Positions 19,384-29,727 of a DNA stretch of 64,000 bases are shown here, one piece after another. The stretch's first letter is position 1; the number at the start of each line of letters is the position of its first letter. The position numbers and the translations under genes are program-made. Below the pieces are notes generated by a model. The model was not told where the DNA came from and ran no database searches. It saw only the letters and a program-made list of their open reading frames with translations. This DNA comes from an uncultured delta proteobacterium (GTDB lineage: Bacteria; Desulfobacterota; Binatia; JACPRU01): positions 288,001 to 352,000 of the forward strand of contig CAVUWD010000013.1 in the NCBI GenBank assembly GCA_963745025.1. Reading direction: 5' to 3'.

Positions 19384-20643
19384 ATGGAAGAGAACCCGCC
19401 GCGTGGCGAAGCCGACCCGCACGACCCGCTCCGTGTGACGATGGTCATTCAGCGGTTTCGGCCGTACTTCTCCGGTCAGGGTGTGCAGCTCGAGGAGCTC
19501 TCTCGCGCGCTCGCCCGCCGCGGCGTCGAGGTCACGGTGGTGACGGCGATGCGCGACGGCGACGCGCCGCGCGCGGAGGCGACCGACGGCTACCGCGTGC
19601 GGCGGCTGCGCTGCGATCTGCTCGGCAACGCCGCGGTCGTTCGCCGGCTGTGGTCACCGACGTTCGCGGTGCGCGCAGCGATCGATTTGCACTCGCGCCG
19701 GCGCGAGATCGACCTCGTGCACGTTCACGGCGTGAACGACGCGCTCTACACTTCGTGGGCGCTCGGGCGCGCGCTCGGCTTTCCGGTGGTCTTCGAGCTC
19801 ACGCTGATGGGCGCCGACGACCCCGCGGCGGTTCGCGCCGCACGGAACCACTTCTCGGCGCTGCGCCATGCGATCTACCGCCGCCAGGACGGCTACGTGG
19901 CGATCTCGCCGCAGCTCGCCGAGGCGGCGCGCGCCGGCGGCGTGCCGGCGGCCCGGTTGCGGACGATCCCGCAGGGCGTCGACCTCGAGCGCCATCGCCC
20001 CTGCGTCGACCGTGCCGCACTTCGGCGAACGCTTGGGCTCGCCGAAGAAGGACCGCTGTTCGTGTTTCTCGGCTCGCTCGTCGAGCGCAAGGGGATCGAC
20101 GTGCTGCTGGCCGCTTGGGAGCGCATCCACGCGCGCGCGCCAGCGGCGCGCCTCGTGCTCGTCGGACGCGATCGTTTCGCCGACGACGCAGCGGCGGAGG
20201 CGTTCCTGCGCCGAGCGCTCGAGAGGTTGCCGGCCTCCGCGGCCGCGGGCGTATCGCGGGTCGGCGTGCGCGACGACGCCGAGCGCTTCCTGCAGGCCGC
20301 CGACGCGTTCCTCTTCCCGTCACGACGCGAAGGCTTCGGCACGGCGATCATCGAAGCGATGGCCTGCGGCTTGCCGTGTGTGGTGGCCGAGCTGCCGGGG
20401 ATCACCGACTTCATTTTCCCCAAGCCGCCGGACGGCGCCGGTGGCGTCGTCGTGCCGCAGGAAGATCCCGCCGCACTCGCCGATGCCGCGCTCGCGCTCC
20501 TCGCCGTGCCGGAGCGAGCCCGCGCGCTCGGCGCCGCCGCCCGCACCCGCGCCGCCGAGCGCTTCGGCATCGACGCCGTCGCCGAGCAGTATCTGTCGCT
20601 CTATGCCGCGCTGCTCGGCAGGCCGGGGGGCGCGCCCCCTTGA
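19384..20643 (+). CDS. Glycosyltransferase family 4
   Basis: IPQGVD, GSLVERKG, EGFGTAIIEAMACG. Confidence 0.88.
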   Translation: MEENPPRGEADPHDPLRVTMVIQRFRPYFSGQGVQLEELSRALARRGVEVTVVTAMRDGDAPRAEATDGYRVRRLRCDLLGNAAVVRRLWSPTFAVRAAIDLHSRRREIDLVHVHGVNDALYTSWALGRALGFPVVFELTLMGADDPAAVRAARNHFSALRHAIYRRQDGYVAISPQLAEAARAGGVPAARLRTIPQGVDLERHRPCVDRAALRRTLGLAEEGPLFVFLGSLVERKGIDVLLAAWERIHARAPAARLVLVGRDRFADDAAAEAFLRRALERLPASAAAGVSRVGVRDDAERFLQAADAFLFPSRREGFGTAIIEAMACGLPCVVAELPGITDFIFPKPPDGAGGVVVPQEDPAALADAALALLAVPERARALGAAARTRAAERFGIDAVAEQYLSLYAALLGRPGGAPP

Positions 20644-21815
20644 AGATTCTCTACGTCGCCTCGGACATCGCTCTGTCGGCGACGCACGGCGGAGCCGTCC
20701 ACGTGCGTGAGGTGGCCGGCGGTCTCGCCGCGCTCGGCCACTCGGTTCACGCCGTAGTGAAGGGCCTCCCGGGCGAGCAGGCGCGCTCGGTCGAGGCCGG
20801 CTTCGAGGTGCGGCGCGTGCTCCACCACGTTCCGCCGCGCATGCTCCGTCTGCTCGCGCTGCCCGCCGTGGCGCGCGAGGCGCGGGAGCTCGAGCCCGAC
20901 GTCGTCATCGAGCGCTATTACAACTTCGGCGGCGAAGGCGTGCTCTGCGCTGCGCGCCGCGGCATCCCCGTGGTGCTCGAGGTGAACTCGCCGATGGTCG
21001 AGTACGCGGGCTCGCCGAAAGAGCGGCTCGATCGGCTGATCGGCTCTCCGCTGCGGCGCTGGCGGGAGCACCTGGCGCGAAGCGCGGTGGTGTTCGTCAC
21101 CCCGACTGCGGCGATCCTGCCCGAGTTCGTTCCGGCCGAGAAGGTGCACGTGCTGCCCTGGGGCGCGAACACCGATCGCTTCCGGCCCGACGTCGAGCCG
21201 GCGGCGACGCCCCTGCCTGTGGGACGGCCCGTCGTCGCGTTCGTCGGCAGCTTTCGGCCGTGGCACGGCGCGCGCACGCTGGTCGAGGCGGCCACGGTGC
21301 TTCGGCGCCAGGGCCGCCACGCTCCGCTCTTCCTGATGATCGGCGACGGCCCGGAGCGCGCGGAGATCGAGGCGCTGGTGCGCAGTCGCGGCCTCGCCGA
21401 CGACTTCCGGTTCGTCGGCTCGCTCGCGCACGCCGAGGTCCCTGGGTACCTGCGCCGGGCGACGATCGGCGTCGCCCCGTTCGAGACCCGCCGGCACCGC
21501 TACCTGGAGATCGATTTCTACTGGTCGCCGTTCAAGATCCTCGAATACATGGCGATGGCGTTGCCGGTTGTGACGATCGACGTGCCGGCGCTGCGCCGCC
21601 TGGTGCGCCCGGGGATGGAGGGGCTGCTCTATCCCGAAGGCGACGCGACGGCGCTCGCCGACGCGTTCGGCGAGCTGCTCGATTCGCCGGAGCGAGCCCG
21701 CGCTCTAGGGGCTTCGGCCCGGCGGCGCGCCGTCGAGGAATTCTCCTGGCGCGTGCATTGCGCCGCGCTCGACCGCATTCTGCGAGCGCTCGTGCTCGGC
21801 AGCGATCCGTCGTAG
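20640..21815 (+). CDS. Glycosyltransferase family 4
   Basis: TTG start overlapping the previous stop; LEVNSP, FVGSFRPWHG, SPFKILEYMAMALPVV. Confidence 0.88.
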   Translation: MKILYVASDIALSATHGGAVHVREVAGGLAALGHSVHAVVKGLPGEQARSVEAGFEVRRVLHHVPPRMLRLLALPAVAREARELEPDVVIERYYNFGGEGVLCAARRGIPVVLEVNSPMVEYAGSPKERLDRLIGSPLRRWREHLARSAVVFVTPTAAILPEFVPAEKVHVLPWGANTDRFRPDVEPAATPLPVGRPVVAFVGSFRPWHGARTLVEAATVLRRQGRHAPLFLMIGDGPERAEIEALVRSRGLADDFRFVGSLAHAEVPGYLRRATIGVAPFETRRHRYLEIDFYWSPFKILEYMAMALPVVTIDVPALRRLVRPGMEGLLYPEGDATALADAFGELLDSPERARALGASARRRAVEEFSWRVHCAALDRILRALVLGSDPS

Positions 21816-22041
21816 GCTGAGGTGCAAAATCCAGCCGCGGTCGGATTGGCAGGTCCCCCGCGGCTGCGCGAGCTCGGATCGCGTCCGTCACGGTGACGAC
21901 GCCATCGATGCCGGCCTCGCGGCACGCCTTGCGGGCTTCGTCGCCGGGAACTTCGGTCGTCACCATCTACTCGCTGAGTACGAAGCCCAGGCGCCTCATG
22001 CGTTCCTGATGCGAGACGTACGGCCAATTCGGGATCGACAC

Positions 22042-22119
22042 CGCGAGCAACACGCTGACGGCGCCGTCCGCGAGGCCTCGAAGGCCCCGCGCGAGGATCA
22101 GACGGCGACCATCATCGTG
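22042..22119 (-). pseudogene. Short MFS transporter N-terminal remnant
   Basis: DGRRLILARGLRGLADGAVSVLLA resembles TM1 of an MFS subfamily, followed by an abrupt switch. Confidence 0.4.
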
Positions 22120-22150
22120 AGCACTTGCCCGAGCGGGCATCGACCGGTCG

Positions 22151-23548
22151 CTAACGGAATTCCATCTCACGCACGTCGGAGGCCACCTGCAGCGGGGCGG
22201 CCGTCGCGCGCCGTACGTCGTCGACGCTGACTCCGGGTGCGACTTCGCGAAGCACGAACCCGCTGCCGCGGACGATCTCGATCAGCGCGAGGTTCGTCAC
22301 CACCTTGGAGACGCAAGCGAGCGCGGTGATCGGATACGTGCACTCGGCTACCAGCTTCGACTCGCCGTTCTTCGACGTGTGATACATGAGTACGATGACC
22401 TCGCCGCCGCCCGCAGCGAGATCCATCGCGCCGCCGATCGTCCCGGCGCGCTGATGCGGCGCCTTCCAGTTGGCGAGGTCGCCGTTGCCCGCGACCTGAA
22501 AGCCGCCGAGCACGATCTTCGCGACGTGCCCGCCGCGCGCCATCGCGAACGAGTCCGCCGAATGGAAGAACGACGCGCCAGGCAGCGTGGTGACCAGCTG
22601 GCCCCCGGCGTTGTAGAGATCGACGTTTTCTCGGCCGGGCTCGGGGAAAGGGCCGTAACCGAGGACTCCATTTTCGGCGTGCAGCACGACGCCTCTCCCG
22701 TGGACGTAGTTCGAGCATTGCGTGGGCAACCCGATGCCCAGGTTCACGACGTCTCCCTCGTGGAAGAGCGCCGCCGCCCGCATCGCCATCAGGTCGGCGG
22801 GGATGCCCGGCAGACCAGCCGCTTCGGGCGCCTGGCGACCCAACTTGCGGATCATCTCGATGAGCTCCGAACGCTCCATCCGGACGGTGGCGCGAAACAC
22901 GCGATCGACGAAGATTCCGGGCGTGACGACCGCCTCGGGGTCTAGATCACCGAGGGCGACGATCTCGTCCACTTCCGCGATCGTCCGCTTGGCGCCCATC
23001 GCCCAGATGGGATTGAAGTTTCGACTGCCTCCCCGAAAGACCAAGTTCCCCGCGGGATCCGCCGCGGCGGCGCGCACCAAAGCCACGTCAGCCCGGATCG
23101 CGCGCTCGAAGACCACCCGGCGGCCATCGATCTCACGGACTTCCTTGCCACGCTCGATCTCCGTACCGACGCCCGTCGGGGTGTAGAACCCGGCGATCCC
23201 GGATCCGCCGGCGCGCACGCGCTCGACCAGCGTACCCTGCGGCACGAGCTCGAACTCGACCTCGCCGCGGCCGATCATCTCCTCGGCCGGCGTCAAGCGG
23301 TAGGGAAAGCCGCCGAAGGACGCCACCAGCTTGGCGACTTGCCCGTTCTCGAAGAGGATCTGGGGCGAGGACGGACCGAAGCCCGGAGTGTTTGCGATCA
23401 GCGTGAGCTTGCGCGTGCCGCGATCGCGAAGCGCCTCGATGGCGCTCGAGGGCCAGCCCTGGAGCACCCCGAAGCCACCGATCGACACGATGGCGCCGTC
23501 TTCGATTCCCTCGACCGCGAGCGCTGGGGATTCAACGACCTTGTTCAT
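22151..23548 (-). CDS. 3-oxoacid CoA-transferase, fused alpha+beta subunits (family I)
   Basis: ELVPQGTLVERVRAGGSGIAGFYTPTGVGT, NLGIGLP, catalytic AENG, GGAMDL. Confidence 0.92.
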   Translation of the reverse strand: MNKVVESPALAVEGIEDGAIVSIGGFGVLQGWPSSAIEALRDRGTRKLTLIANTPGFGPSSPQILFENGQVAKLVASFGGFPYRLTPAEEMIGRGEVEFELVPQGTLVERVRAGGSGIAGFYTPTGVGTEIERGKEVREIDGRRVVFERAIRADVALVRAAAADPAGNLVFRGGSRNFNPIWAMGAKRTIAEVDEIVALGDLDPEAVVTPGIFVDRVFRATVRMERSELIEMIRKLGRQAPEAAGLPGIPADLMAMRAAALFHEGDVVNLGIGLPTQCSNYVHGRGVVLHAENGVLGYGPFPEPGRENVDLYNAGGQLVTTLPGASFFHSADSFAMARGGHVAKIVLGGFQVAGNGDLANWKAPHQRAGTIGGAMDLAAGGGEVIVLMYHTSKNGESKLVAECTYPITALACVSKVVTNLALIEIVRGSGFVLREVAPGVSVDDVRRATAAPLQVASDVREMEFR

Positions 23549-23647
23549 GATAGCAGACCCTCGGAGCGGCAACCGAAACGTCGTCGGCCTACTGAAGTAT
23601 CGTATCTCATATCTTGGTGTGGAAGTGAGACATCGTGCCCTACTAGC

Positions 23648-24289
23648 TCATTCCGCGTCCGGCTGCACTTCGGGGCGCGCCTTGGCGAAGGCGGGCAGGC
23701 TCTCGAGAGATTCGCTCACGCGGACCAGCACGGGATACGGAGCGAGATCCACCGCGAAGCGCCGCGCGTTGTAGACCTGCGGCACCAGGCAGACGTCGGC
23801 CAGGGTGACCGCGTCGCCGAAGCAATGCCTGCCGTCCCCCGTATGCTTGCCGATCGATTGCTCGAGCGCCCGGAAGCCTTCGGCAATCCAGTGCCGGTAC
23901 CAGAGGCTCGTCGCGTCCTCGTTCTGCCCCATCTGCGACTTGAGATAGTCGAGCACGCGCAGATTGTTCAATGGGTGCATGTCGCAGGCGATCGCCTGCG
24001 ACATGGCGCGCACCCGCGCGCGATCCGCCGGACTCGCTGGGAGCAGGCGCGGCGTCTCCGGGTAAGCTTCCTCGAGGTACTCGAGGATCGCCAGCGACTG
24101 GGAAACCACGACGCCATCGTCGTCGAGCGCCGGGATCAATCCCTGGGGATTGACCGCCAGGTACTCGGGCTTCCGGTGCTCGCCGCAGCGCAAGTGCTTG
24201 GCTACGTACTCGTACGCGAGGCCCTTCACTTCGAGCGCGATGCGCACGCGGTAGGCGGCGGAGCTGCGGAAATAGGAATAGAGCTTCAT
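23648..24289 (-). CDS. maiA: Maleylacetoacetate/maleylpyruvate isomerase (GST zeta)
   Basis: MKLYSYFRSSAAYRVRIAL, ACDMHPLNNLRVL, LADVCLVPQVYNARRF. Confidence 0.93.
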   Translation of the reverse strand: MKLYSYFRSSAAYRVRIALEVKGLAYEYVAKHLRCGEHRKPEYLAVNPQGLIPALDDDGVVVSQSLAILEYLEEAYPETPRLLPASPADRARVRAMSQAIACDMHPLNNLRVLDYLKSQMGQNEDATSLWYRHWIAEGFRALEQSIGKHTGDGRHCFGDAVTLADVCLVPQVYNARRFAVDLAPYPVLVRVSESLESLPAFAKARPEVQPDAE

Positions 24290-24315
24290 CGTCCTCTCGT
24301 CGGCGGAAGCAGGTT

Positions 24316-25014
24316 TCAGCCTGTCCCGGCTTGGATCGTCGTCACAAGCGTGTCGAGGCCTTCGACTGCGCCCTCCATGCGGTCGCCGGGCTTGACCGGG
24401 CCGACGCCGGCGGGCGTTCCGGTGTAGATGAGGTCGCCCGGCGCCAGCTCGAACAGGGCCGACAGCTCGGCGATCAGCTCGGGTACGCCCCAGATCAGCT
24501 CGCGGACGTCCGCCTTCTGACGGATCTCGCCGTTGACCGCGAGCCAGATCGCGCCGCTTGCGACGTGCCCGCCGTCGGCGACGGGCCGGATGGCGGTGAT
24601 CGCCGCCGAACGATCGAACGCCTTGCCCGTGTCCCAGGGGCGGCCCTTGTCTCGTGCCTCGAGCTGCAGATCGCGCCGGGTCAGATCGTTTCCCACCGCA
24701 TAGCCGTAGACGTGATCCAGCGCTCGAGCAACCGCAACGTCACGACCGGGCGCACCGAGGGCGACCACCAGTTCGATCTCGTGGTGGAGGTTCCTGGTGC
24801 GCGTCGGGTAGGGGATCGTCGCGTGGTTCGCGACGATCGCGTCCGGCGGCTTGGTGAAGAAGAACGGCGGCTCGCGCGTCGGGTCCTTGCCCATCTCGCG
24901 GGCGTGCGCCTCGTAATTGCGCCCGACGCAGTAGATGCGATGCACGGGAAATCGCTCGCTCCGACCCTTCACCTCGACGGAGGGCCGCTGCGGCGGCGTG
25001 AAGACGTATGCCAT
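24316..25014 (-). CDS. Fumarylacetoacetate hydrolase family protein (fumarylpyruvate hydrolase-like)
   Basis: IYCVGRNYEAHAREMG, HHEIEL, DLTRRDLQ, GDLIYTGTPAGVG. Confidence 0.92.
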   Translation of the reverse strand: MAYVFTPPQRPSVEVKGRSERFPVHRIYCVGRNYEAHAREMGKDPTREPPFFFTKPPDAIVANHATIPYPTRTRNLHHEIELVVALGAPGRDVAVARALDHVYGYAVGNDLTRRDLQLEARDKGRPWDTGKAFDRSAAITAIRPVADGGHVASGAIWLAVNGEIRQKADVRELIWGVPELIAELSALFELAPGDLIYTGTPAGVGPVKPGDRMEGAVEGLDTLVTTIQAGTG

Positions 25015-25029
25015 CCCTGTCTCCTCTCG

Positions 25030-26457
25030 CTACTGCGCTCTGAGGTCCTTCACCCGCTTCGCCTTGAACTCGGTCTTCGGCAGCGAGCCGGGTGCGACGA
25101 TCTCCACCACCGGACGGAGTTCGCAGCGCGAGACGATCTCCGACTCGACCGCGCGGCGCAGCGCTTCGCAGCGGCCGCCATCGAGCGCGGCGCCGGGCTC
25201 CACGAGCACGGTCAACACGTCGAGCTCTCGTACACGCGTGACGCGGATCTCGAACTCGTCTCCGGCCTCGGGGACGCGGCGGATCGCATCTTCGATGTTG
25301 CTCGGGAAAAGCGTTACGCCGCGCACGTTCAGCATCTCGTCGGCGCGTCCGAGGAAGCCGCCGAGCGCCCGCGGATGGCTCCGACCGCACGCGCAGCGTC
25401 CTCCCTGAAGGACGGTGAAGTCGCCGACCAGGAAGCGGAGCTGCGGCGAGGCCTCGGAGATCAGGTTGGTCGCGACCGAGAGCCCGCGTTGTCCCTCGGG
25501 CACCGGACGGAGCGTATCGGGATCGACGGTCTCCCAGATGTGAGCGTCGGCCATCAGGTGCGTGGCGACCGAACCCTGCTTGGCCCGGGCGATTGCGCTG
25601 CAGGTGTAGCCGCCGCCCGCCGGGGCCGCCTCGGTGCAGCCGTAGAACTCGTGCAGCTCGGCATTCCATGTCCTCTCGAGGCGCTCGCGCGTCGCGGGGA
25701 CACCGAAGCCCGGCTCGCCGGCACAGAAGAGGAAGCGCACCGCCGTCGCGGCCGGGTCGATCCCCGTCTCGCGCATCACTCCGGCGAGATACAGAGCGTA
25801 GGAGGGCGTACAGCAGAGAATCGTCGGCGCATAGTCGTGGATGAAACGAGCGCGAGTCCGCGTGTCGAGACCGCCGCCGGTGACGATCGGGATGCCCATC
25901 AAGTTGAGCGCGTAGTGGACCCCCCAGAGCCACACGTGCGGCCCGTAGCCGAAGGCGAGCAGCGCCGAATCGCGACCCGGCCGGAATCCCATGGCCCACA
26001 TCGCCCGCGCGTTCACCCACGCCCACATGCGGCGATCGAACTGCGTGTAGCGGAAGAGCCGTGGGCGCGACGTGGTGCCGGAGCTGGCGAACGTCTGCCA
26101 GCCGCTCTCGCGCCAGCGCCGGTCGTCGACGGACGTGTACGTTCCCCACGGCGGATTCGCCGCCACGTCTTCGGCCATCTCCTGCTTCGTCGTGACCGGG
26201 ATCTTCACGAGGTCGTCGAGCCCGCGGATGTCACCGGGTTCGAGGCCGATCGCATCGAACTTTCGGCGGTAGAAGGGGATGCATTCGTAGACGAACCGCA
26301 CGGCCACGACGAGCTTCTCGCTCTGAATGGAGCGGATCTCGTCCGCCGACGCGAAGTCGAGCGCGGGCGACCACGCATCGGCGGAACCGGGCCGTTCGAG
26401 ATCCTGCTGGAACCGGACGATCGTTCCGAGCCACGCGTTGCGGATCGAGTCCGTCAT
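25030..26457 (-). CDS. Phenylacetate-CoA ligase (PaaK)-like aryl-CoA ligase
   Basis: ASSGTTSRP P-loop, GEPG, EFYGCTE, GRADEMLNVRGV, LPKTEFKAKR. Confidence 0.85.
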   Translation of the reverse strand: MTDSIRNAWLGTIVRFQQDLERPGSADAWSPALDFASADEIRSIQSEKLVVAVRFVYECIPFYRRKFDAIGLEPGDIRGLDDLVKIPVTTKQEMAEDVAANPPWGTYTSVDDRRWRESGWQTFASSGTTSRPRLFRYTQFDRRMWAWVNARAMWAMGFRPGRDSALLAFGYGPHVWLWGVHYALNLMGIPIVTGGGLDTRTRARFIHDYAPTILCCTPSYALYLAGVMRETGIDPAATAVRFLFCAGEPGFGVPATRERLERTWNAELHEFYGCTEAAPAGGGYTCSAIARAKQGSVATHLMADAHIWETVDPDTLRPVPEGQRGLSVATNLISEASPQLRFLVGDFTVLQGGRCACGRSHPRALGGFLGRADEMLNVRGVTLFPSNIEDAIRRVPEAGDEFEIRVTRVRELDVLTVLVEPGAALDGGRCEALRRAVESEIVSRCELRPVVEIVAPGSLPKTEFKAKRVKDLRAQ

Positions 26458-27566
26458 CCCCAGATGGCCCGCGCGCCGGCCACCACGAGACCGAGCTTCG
26501 CGCGCATGTCCGCCTCGCTGACGGGATTGCCGGCGACCGTGCTGGCGAAGCCGCACTGTGGGCTGAGCGCGAGGCGATCGCCGTCGACGTACCGCGCGGC
26601 CTCCGTCGCCCGGCGCTTCAGCAGGTCGATGGGCTCGAGCGCGGCGACCTTGGAGCTGACCATGCCGAGAACCACACCCTTGTCCTTCGGCACGAAGCGC
26701 AACGGCGCGAAGCCGCCTGCGCGCGCCGTGTCGTACTCGAGTAGAAAATGGTCGACGTTCGCCCGCTGGAAGAGCGCCTCCGCGACCGAGTCATAGCCGC
26801 CCTCGGAGAGGTACAAGCCTTTGTAGTTGCCGCGGCACATGTGGACGCCGATGACGAGGTCCGCGGGACGGTTGGCGACGGCCTGATTGATCGCGTCGAC
26901 GTAGAGCTCGACGAGCGAGTCGGGGTCCTGCCCCCCTGCCGCCACCGTATCGCGCACGGCCGGGTCGCAGAGCATCGCCAGCGGTACCTCGTCGAGCTGC
27001 ACGTACTGGGCCCCGGCGGCCGCGAGCGCAGCGATCTCCTGTCGGTAGACTTCGGCGAGGTCGGCGAAGAACTTCTGCGCGGTTTCGTAAACGCCAGGAT
27101 CGGCATACTGCGCTCCGCGGTAGAAGTGCAGGGTCGACGGCGATGGTAACGTGACCTTCGTGATCGCTCGGGTTAGGCCTCGGACGAACGCGACTTCGTC
27201 GACCGCGATCGGCTGCCCGCGACGGACCTTGCCGGTCACGTGCGGCCCAGTGAAGTCGAGTACACGGCCCTGGTCGTCGCGAAAGGTGAACACCGCCGGC
27301 TTGACGGCCAGGCCTTCCGTGAGCTCGACGAACCGGCCCCAGTACGAACCGCGTCGGAACTCGCCGTCGTTCACGACTTCGAGGCCGACGTCCTCTTGGA
27401 GCTTGACGATGTCGCGGATCGCGGCGTCCTGAATGGAGTGAAACTCCTCGCGGCCGAGCTTCCCGGCGTTGAAGTCGCGAAACGCTTGGCGGAGCGTCGC
27501 CGGACGGAGAAGGCTGCCGATGTGGTCGGCACGAACGGGCGGACGGCCGTGGGTCGCTGACACCAT
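26454..27566 (-). CDS. Cobalamin-independent methionine synthase II-like protein (single-barrel MetE core)
   Basis: RADHIGSLLRP, DGEFRR, Zn-ligand motifs HMCRGN, LEYD and PQCGF. Confidence 0.9.
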   Translation of the reverse strand: MVSATHGRPPVRADHIGSLLRPATLRQAFRDFNAGKLGREEFHSIQDAAIRDIVKLQEDVGLEVVNDGEFRRGSYWGRFVELTEGLAVKPAVFTFRDDQGRVLDFTGPHVTGKVRRGQPIAVDEVAFVRGLTRAITKVTLPSPSTLHFYRGAQYADPGVYETAQKFFADLAEVYRQEIAALAAAGAQYVQLDEVPLAMLCDPAVRDTVAAGGQDPDSLVELYVDAINQAVANRPADLVIGVHMCRGNYKGLYLSEGGYDSVAEALFQRANVDHFLLEYDTARAGGFAPLRFVPKDKGVVLGMVSSKVAALEPIDLLKRRATEAARYVDGDRLALSPQCGFASTVAGNPVSEADMRAKLGLVVAGARAIWG

Positions 27567-27569
27567 CGC

Positions 27570-28490
27570 TCAAGCCGCTCTGTTCGGGGACGTTCCGCTC
27601 TTGCTTCCCTCGCCGTTCCTGGCGGTTTTCGATGCAGGCGAAGCGCCCGTGAAACGTTCGTCTTGCTCGACGATCTCGGCGACCCGTTTCTCCGCGGCAG
27701 GGCCGAGCCCGCGGAAGAGCTCTGCGAAGAGAGCGCGCGCTTCTCGCCGCGGCCAATCGGCAGGCAGGAACGCGTCGGGGAGGTCCGGATCGACGCGCGG
27801 GAATTTCCGCCATTCGTCCATGACCCGCGTGCGCATCACGAGCGCCTCGCGAGCCGTGATCCTGCCGGCGCGCATCCGCGCCCGCACCGGCCGAAACCGT
27901 TCGAGGTAGCGGACGTACGACTCGCGGAGCGAATCGAGATCCCAAGCTTCCCGGAAATCGCCGGGCCTCGAGCCCCAGCTCGGCACGATGCCCTTGAACA
28001 CGGTCATATTGTGGATGCCGAGATCGTCGAGGGCCTTCGCCGCCTCCTCGAGATGGGGATGGGGCGAGATCCACAGCCCCGGATAGAGCGGCCCGAAGCC
28101 CAGCCAGCGAAGCCGGGTGCGCAGCAGGTGGCGACGGTCGCGATTCGCCTCGGCCACCGAGAACGCCACCACCGACCACGTCCCGTCCCATCGCGCCTGC
28201 TCCAGACCGAAGCGAAAGATCCGCTTCGCGCCCTCGTCGAGGAGCGCAAGGCCCCGGTTCGTGAGGCCGTACGAGGTCCGGCGCCCTCGGCGCGATCGCG
28301 CGAGAAGGCCCCGCCGGACGAGTCGGCTGAGCGCGGAGCGAGCGCCGTTCGCGCTCACGCCGAACTCGGCGAGCAGACGCAGGAGCGCGGTCGAGGGGAT
28401 GTGCTCGGTTTTCCCGCGCCAGTGGTCGCCGAGCAGCGTGACGAGGAGTCGTTGCGGCTTCGCGCGCGGCCGGTCGTCGGCTCTCTTCAT
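27570..28490 (-). CDS. PaaX family transcriptional regulator
   Basis: LLVTLLGDHW, RSALSRL, WDGTW, LRWLGFG, EWRKFPRVDPDLP. Confidence 0.9.
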   Translation of the reverse strand: MKRADDRPRAKPQRLLVTLLGDHWRGKTEHIPSTALLRLLAEFGVSANGARSALSRLVRRGLLARSRRGRRTSYGLTNRGLALLDEGAKRIFRFGLEQARWDGTWSVVAFSVAEANRDRRHLLRTRLRWLGFGPLYPGLWISPHPHLEEAAKALDDLGIHNMTVFKGIVPSWGSRPGDFREAWDLDSLRESYVRYLERFRPVRARMRAGRITAREALVMRTRVMDEWRKFPRVDPDLPDAFLPADWPRREARALFAELFRGLGPAAEKRVAEIVEQDERFTGASPASKTARNGEGSKSGTSPNRAA

Positions 28491-29560
28491 CGCGGTTGGA
28501 ACCGCTCGCGGATCTTCTGCGGCTCGTCGAGCCGCGCTTCCCGAAAGAGCGCGAGTCGCTCGAGGAGCGGGCGATCGTCGATCGTGAAGAGGTCCGCGGG
28601 CTCGGCGGCCTGGTGTTCGACGGCCGCCCACGAAGGAGCGACGAACGAATCGCCGGTTGCCCACTCGAGCTCGACGCCGTCGACGACCGAGACGCCGCGA
28701 CCGCGGAAGACCACGTACACGGAGCTGCCGACTTTGCGGACGGGCCGTGTGCGCCGGCCCTCGAGAAGCCGCGTCATCTCGCAGCCGAGGGTCGGCAGCG
28801 CGGCCTCGCCCGTCAGCGGATTCACGTAGCGAAGCGTCGCCATCGGTTCGCGGCTCTCCGTAAGCAGCGCGGCGAGCGACGCGTCGGTGTCTCGCCAGCG
28901 GTAGACGAGCAGGGAGTGCGGCGCCTCGTGTCGCGCGTCCGCCGGGATCGTGGCGCGGCCGCCAACCGCGCGCTCGGAGACGTTCCGACCGCGCACGGCT
29001 TGCGCCGCGTCGGGGTGGGGCTCGAAGAACACGGCGTCGAGCGCGATCACGGTGGGCATGTCGAGACCATCGAACCAAATCATCGGCCGGTCGCTCCCGT
29101 TCTTGTGATCGTGCCAGCACCAGCTCGGCGTGAGGACGAGGTCGCCGGGCGCCATGTCGCACGCGTCGCCGTCGACGGTCGTCCACGCGCCTTCGCCCTC
29201 CATCACGAAGCGAATCGCACCCGGCGAGTGCCGGTGGGCGGGGGCGGATTCCCCGGGGCCGAGGTACTGAAACGCTCCCCAGAGCGTGGAGGTCGCGAAC
29301 GGCAACCCGCCGAGGCCCGGGTTGGAGAGCGAAAGCACTCGCCGCTCACCGCCTCGTTCGATCGGAACCAGCCGGCCGGCGCGCTCGCAAAGCCGGCGCA
29401 CGGCTTGCCACTTCCAGAGCCAGGGCCGCGTGGCGGGCGTGGGCTCGTCGGGCATCAGATTCCGTGTCTGCGTCCAGAGCGGCTGCAGATCCAGCGCGGC
29501 GACGTCCGCGTAGAAACGATCGAGCTCGCGCTCGTGATCCGTGGCGGAAACCAAGCCCAT
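28487..29560 (-). CDS. Gentisate 1,2-dioxygenase-like bicupin
   Basis: ERRVLSLSNPGL, APAHRHSPGAIRFVMEGEG, GDLVLTPSWCWHDH, WFDGLD. Confidence 0.9.
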   Translation of the reverse strand: MGLVSATDHERELDRFYADVAALDLQPLWTQTRNLMPDEPTPATRPWLWKWQAVRRLCERAGRLVPIERGGERRVLSLSNPGLGGLPFATSTLWGAFQYLGPGESAPAHRHSPGAIRFVMEGEGAWTTVDGDACDMAPGDLVLTPSWCWHDHKNGSDRPMIWFDGLDMPTVIALDAVFFEPHPDAAQAVRGRNVSERAVGGRATIPADARHEAPHSLLVYRWRDTDASLAALLTESREPMATLRYVNPLTGEAALPTLGCEMTRLLEGRRTRPVRKVGSSVYVVFRGRGVSVVDGVELEWATGDSFVAPSWAAVEHQAAEPADLFTIDDRPLLERLALFREARLDEPQKIRERFQPR

Positions 29561-29592
29561 CCTACCAATTTATCCCACTTCTCGGTGAGGGT

Positions 29593-29608
29593 CGCAACGT
29601 ACTTTGCG
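29593..29608. promoter_or_regulatory. Candidate operator palindrome in the divergent promoter
   Basis: CGCAACGTACTTTGCG, imperfect dyad, next to TTGACG. Confidence 0.3.
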
Positions 29609-29727
29609 GATCGCTTGACGAGGGTATTCTTCAGTGCAAAAGACTTCGACTCCGTGGGCTCGCCGGAGAGGATCCGCGAGACGCGGCGAATGCGAGCCCG
29701 AGCCTGAGCCGACCGCGACTTCGCAGC

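Noticed and set aside
19371-20639. Apparent 814-aa glycosyltransferase
   Set aside because: The upstream part overlaps the first GT4 in another frame; the real start is the TTG at 20640
21840-21966. Short ORF resembling a receiver-domain tail
   Set aside because: Too short and ambiguous to assign
24331-26796. 821-aa plus-strand ORF, and similar long ORFs at 42247-44652, 34391-36448, 60230-62242, 52253-54178 and 11099-12961
   Set aside because: Antisense or off-frame shadows of well-supported genes; Arg/Ala/Gly-rich without motifs, as expected from stop-codon scarcity at high GC
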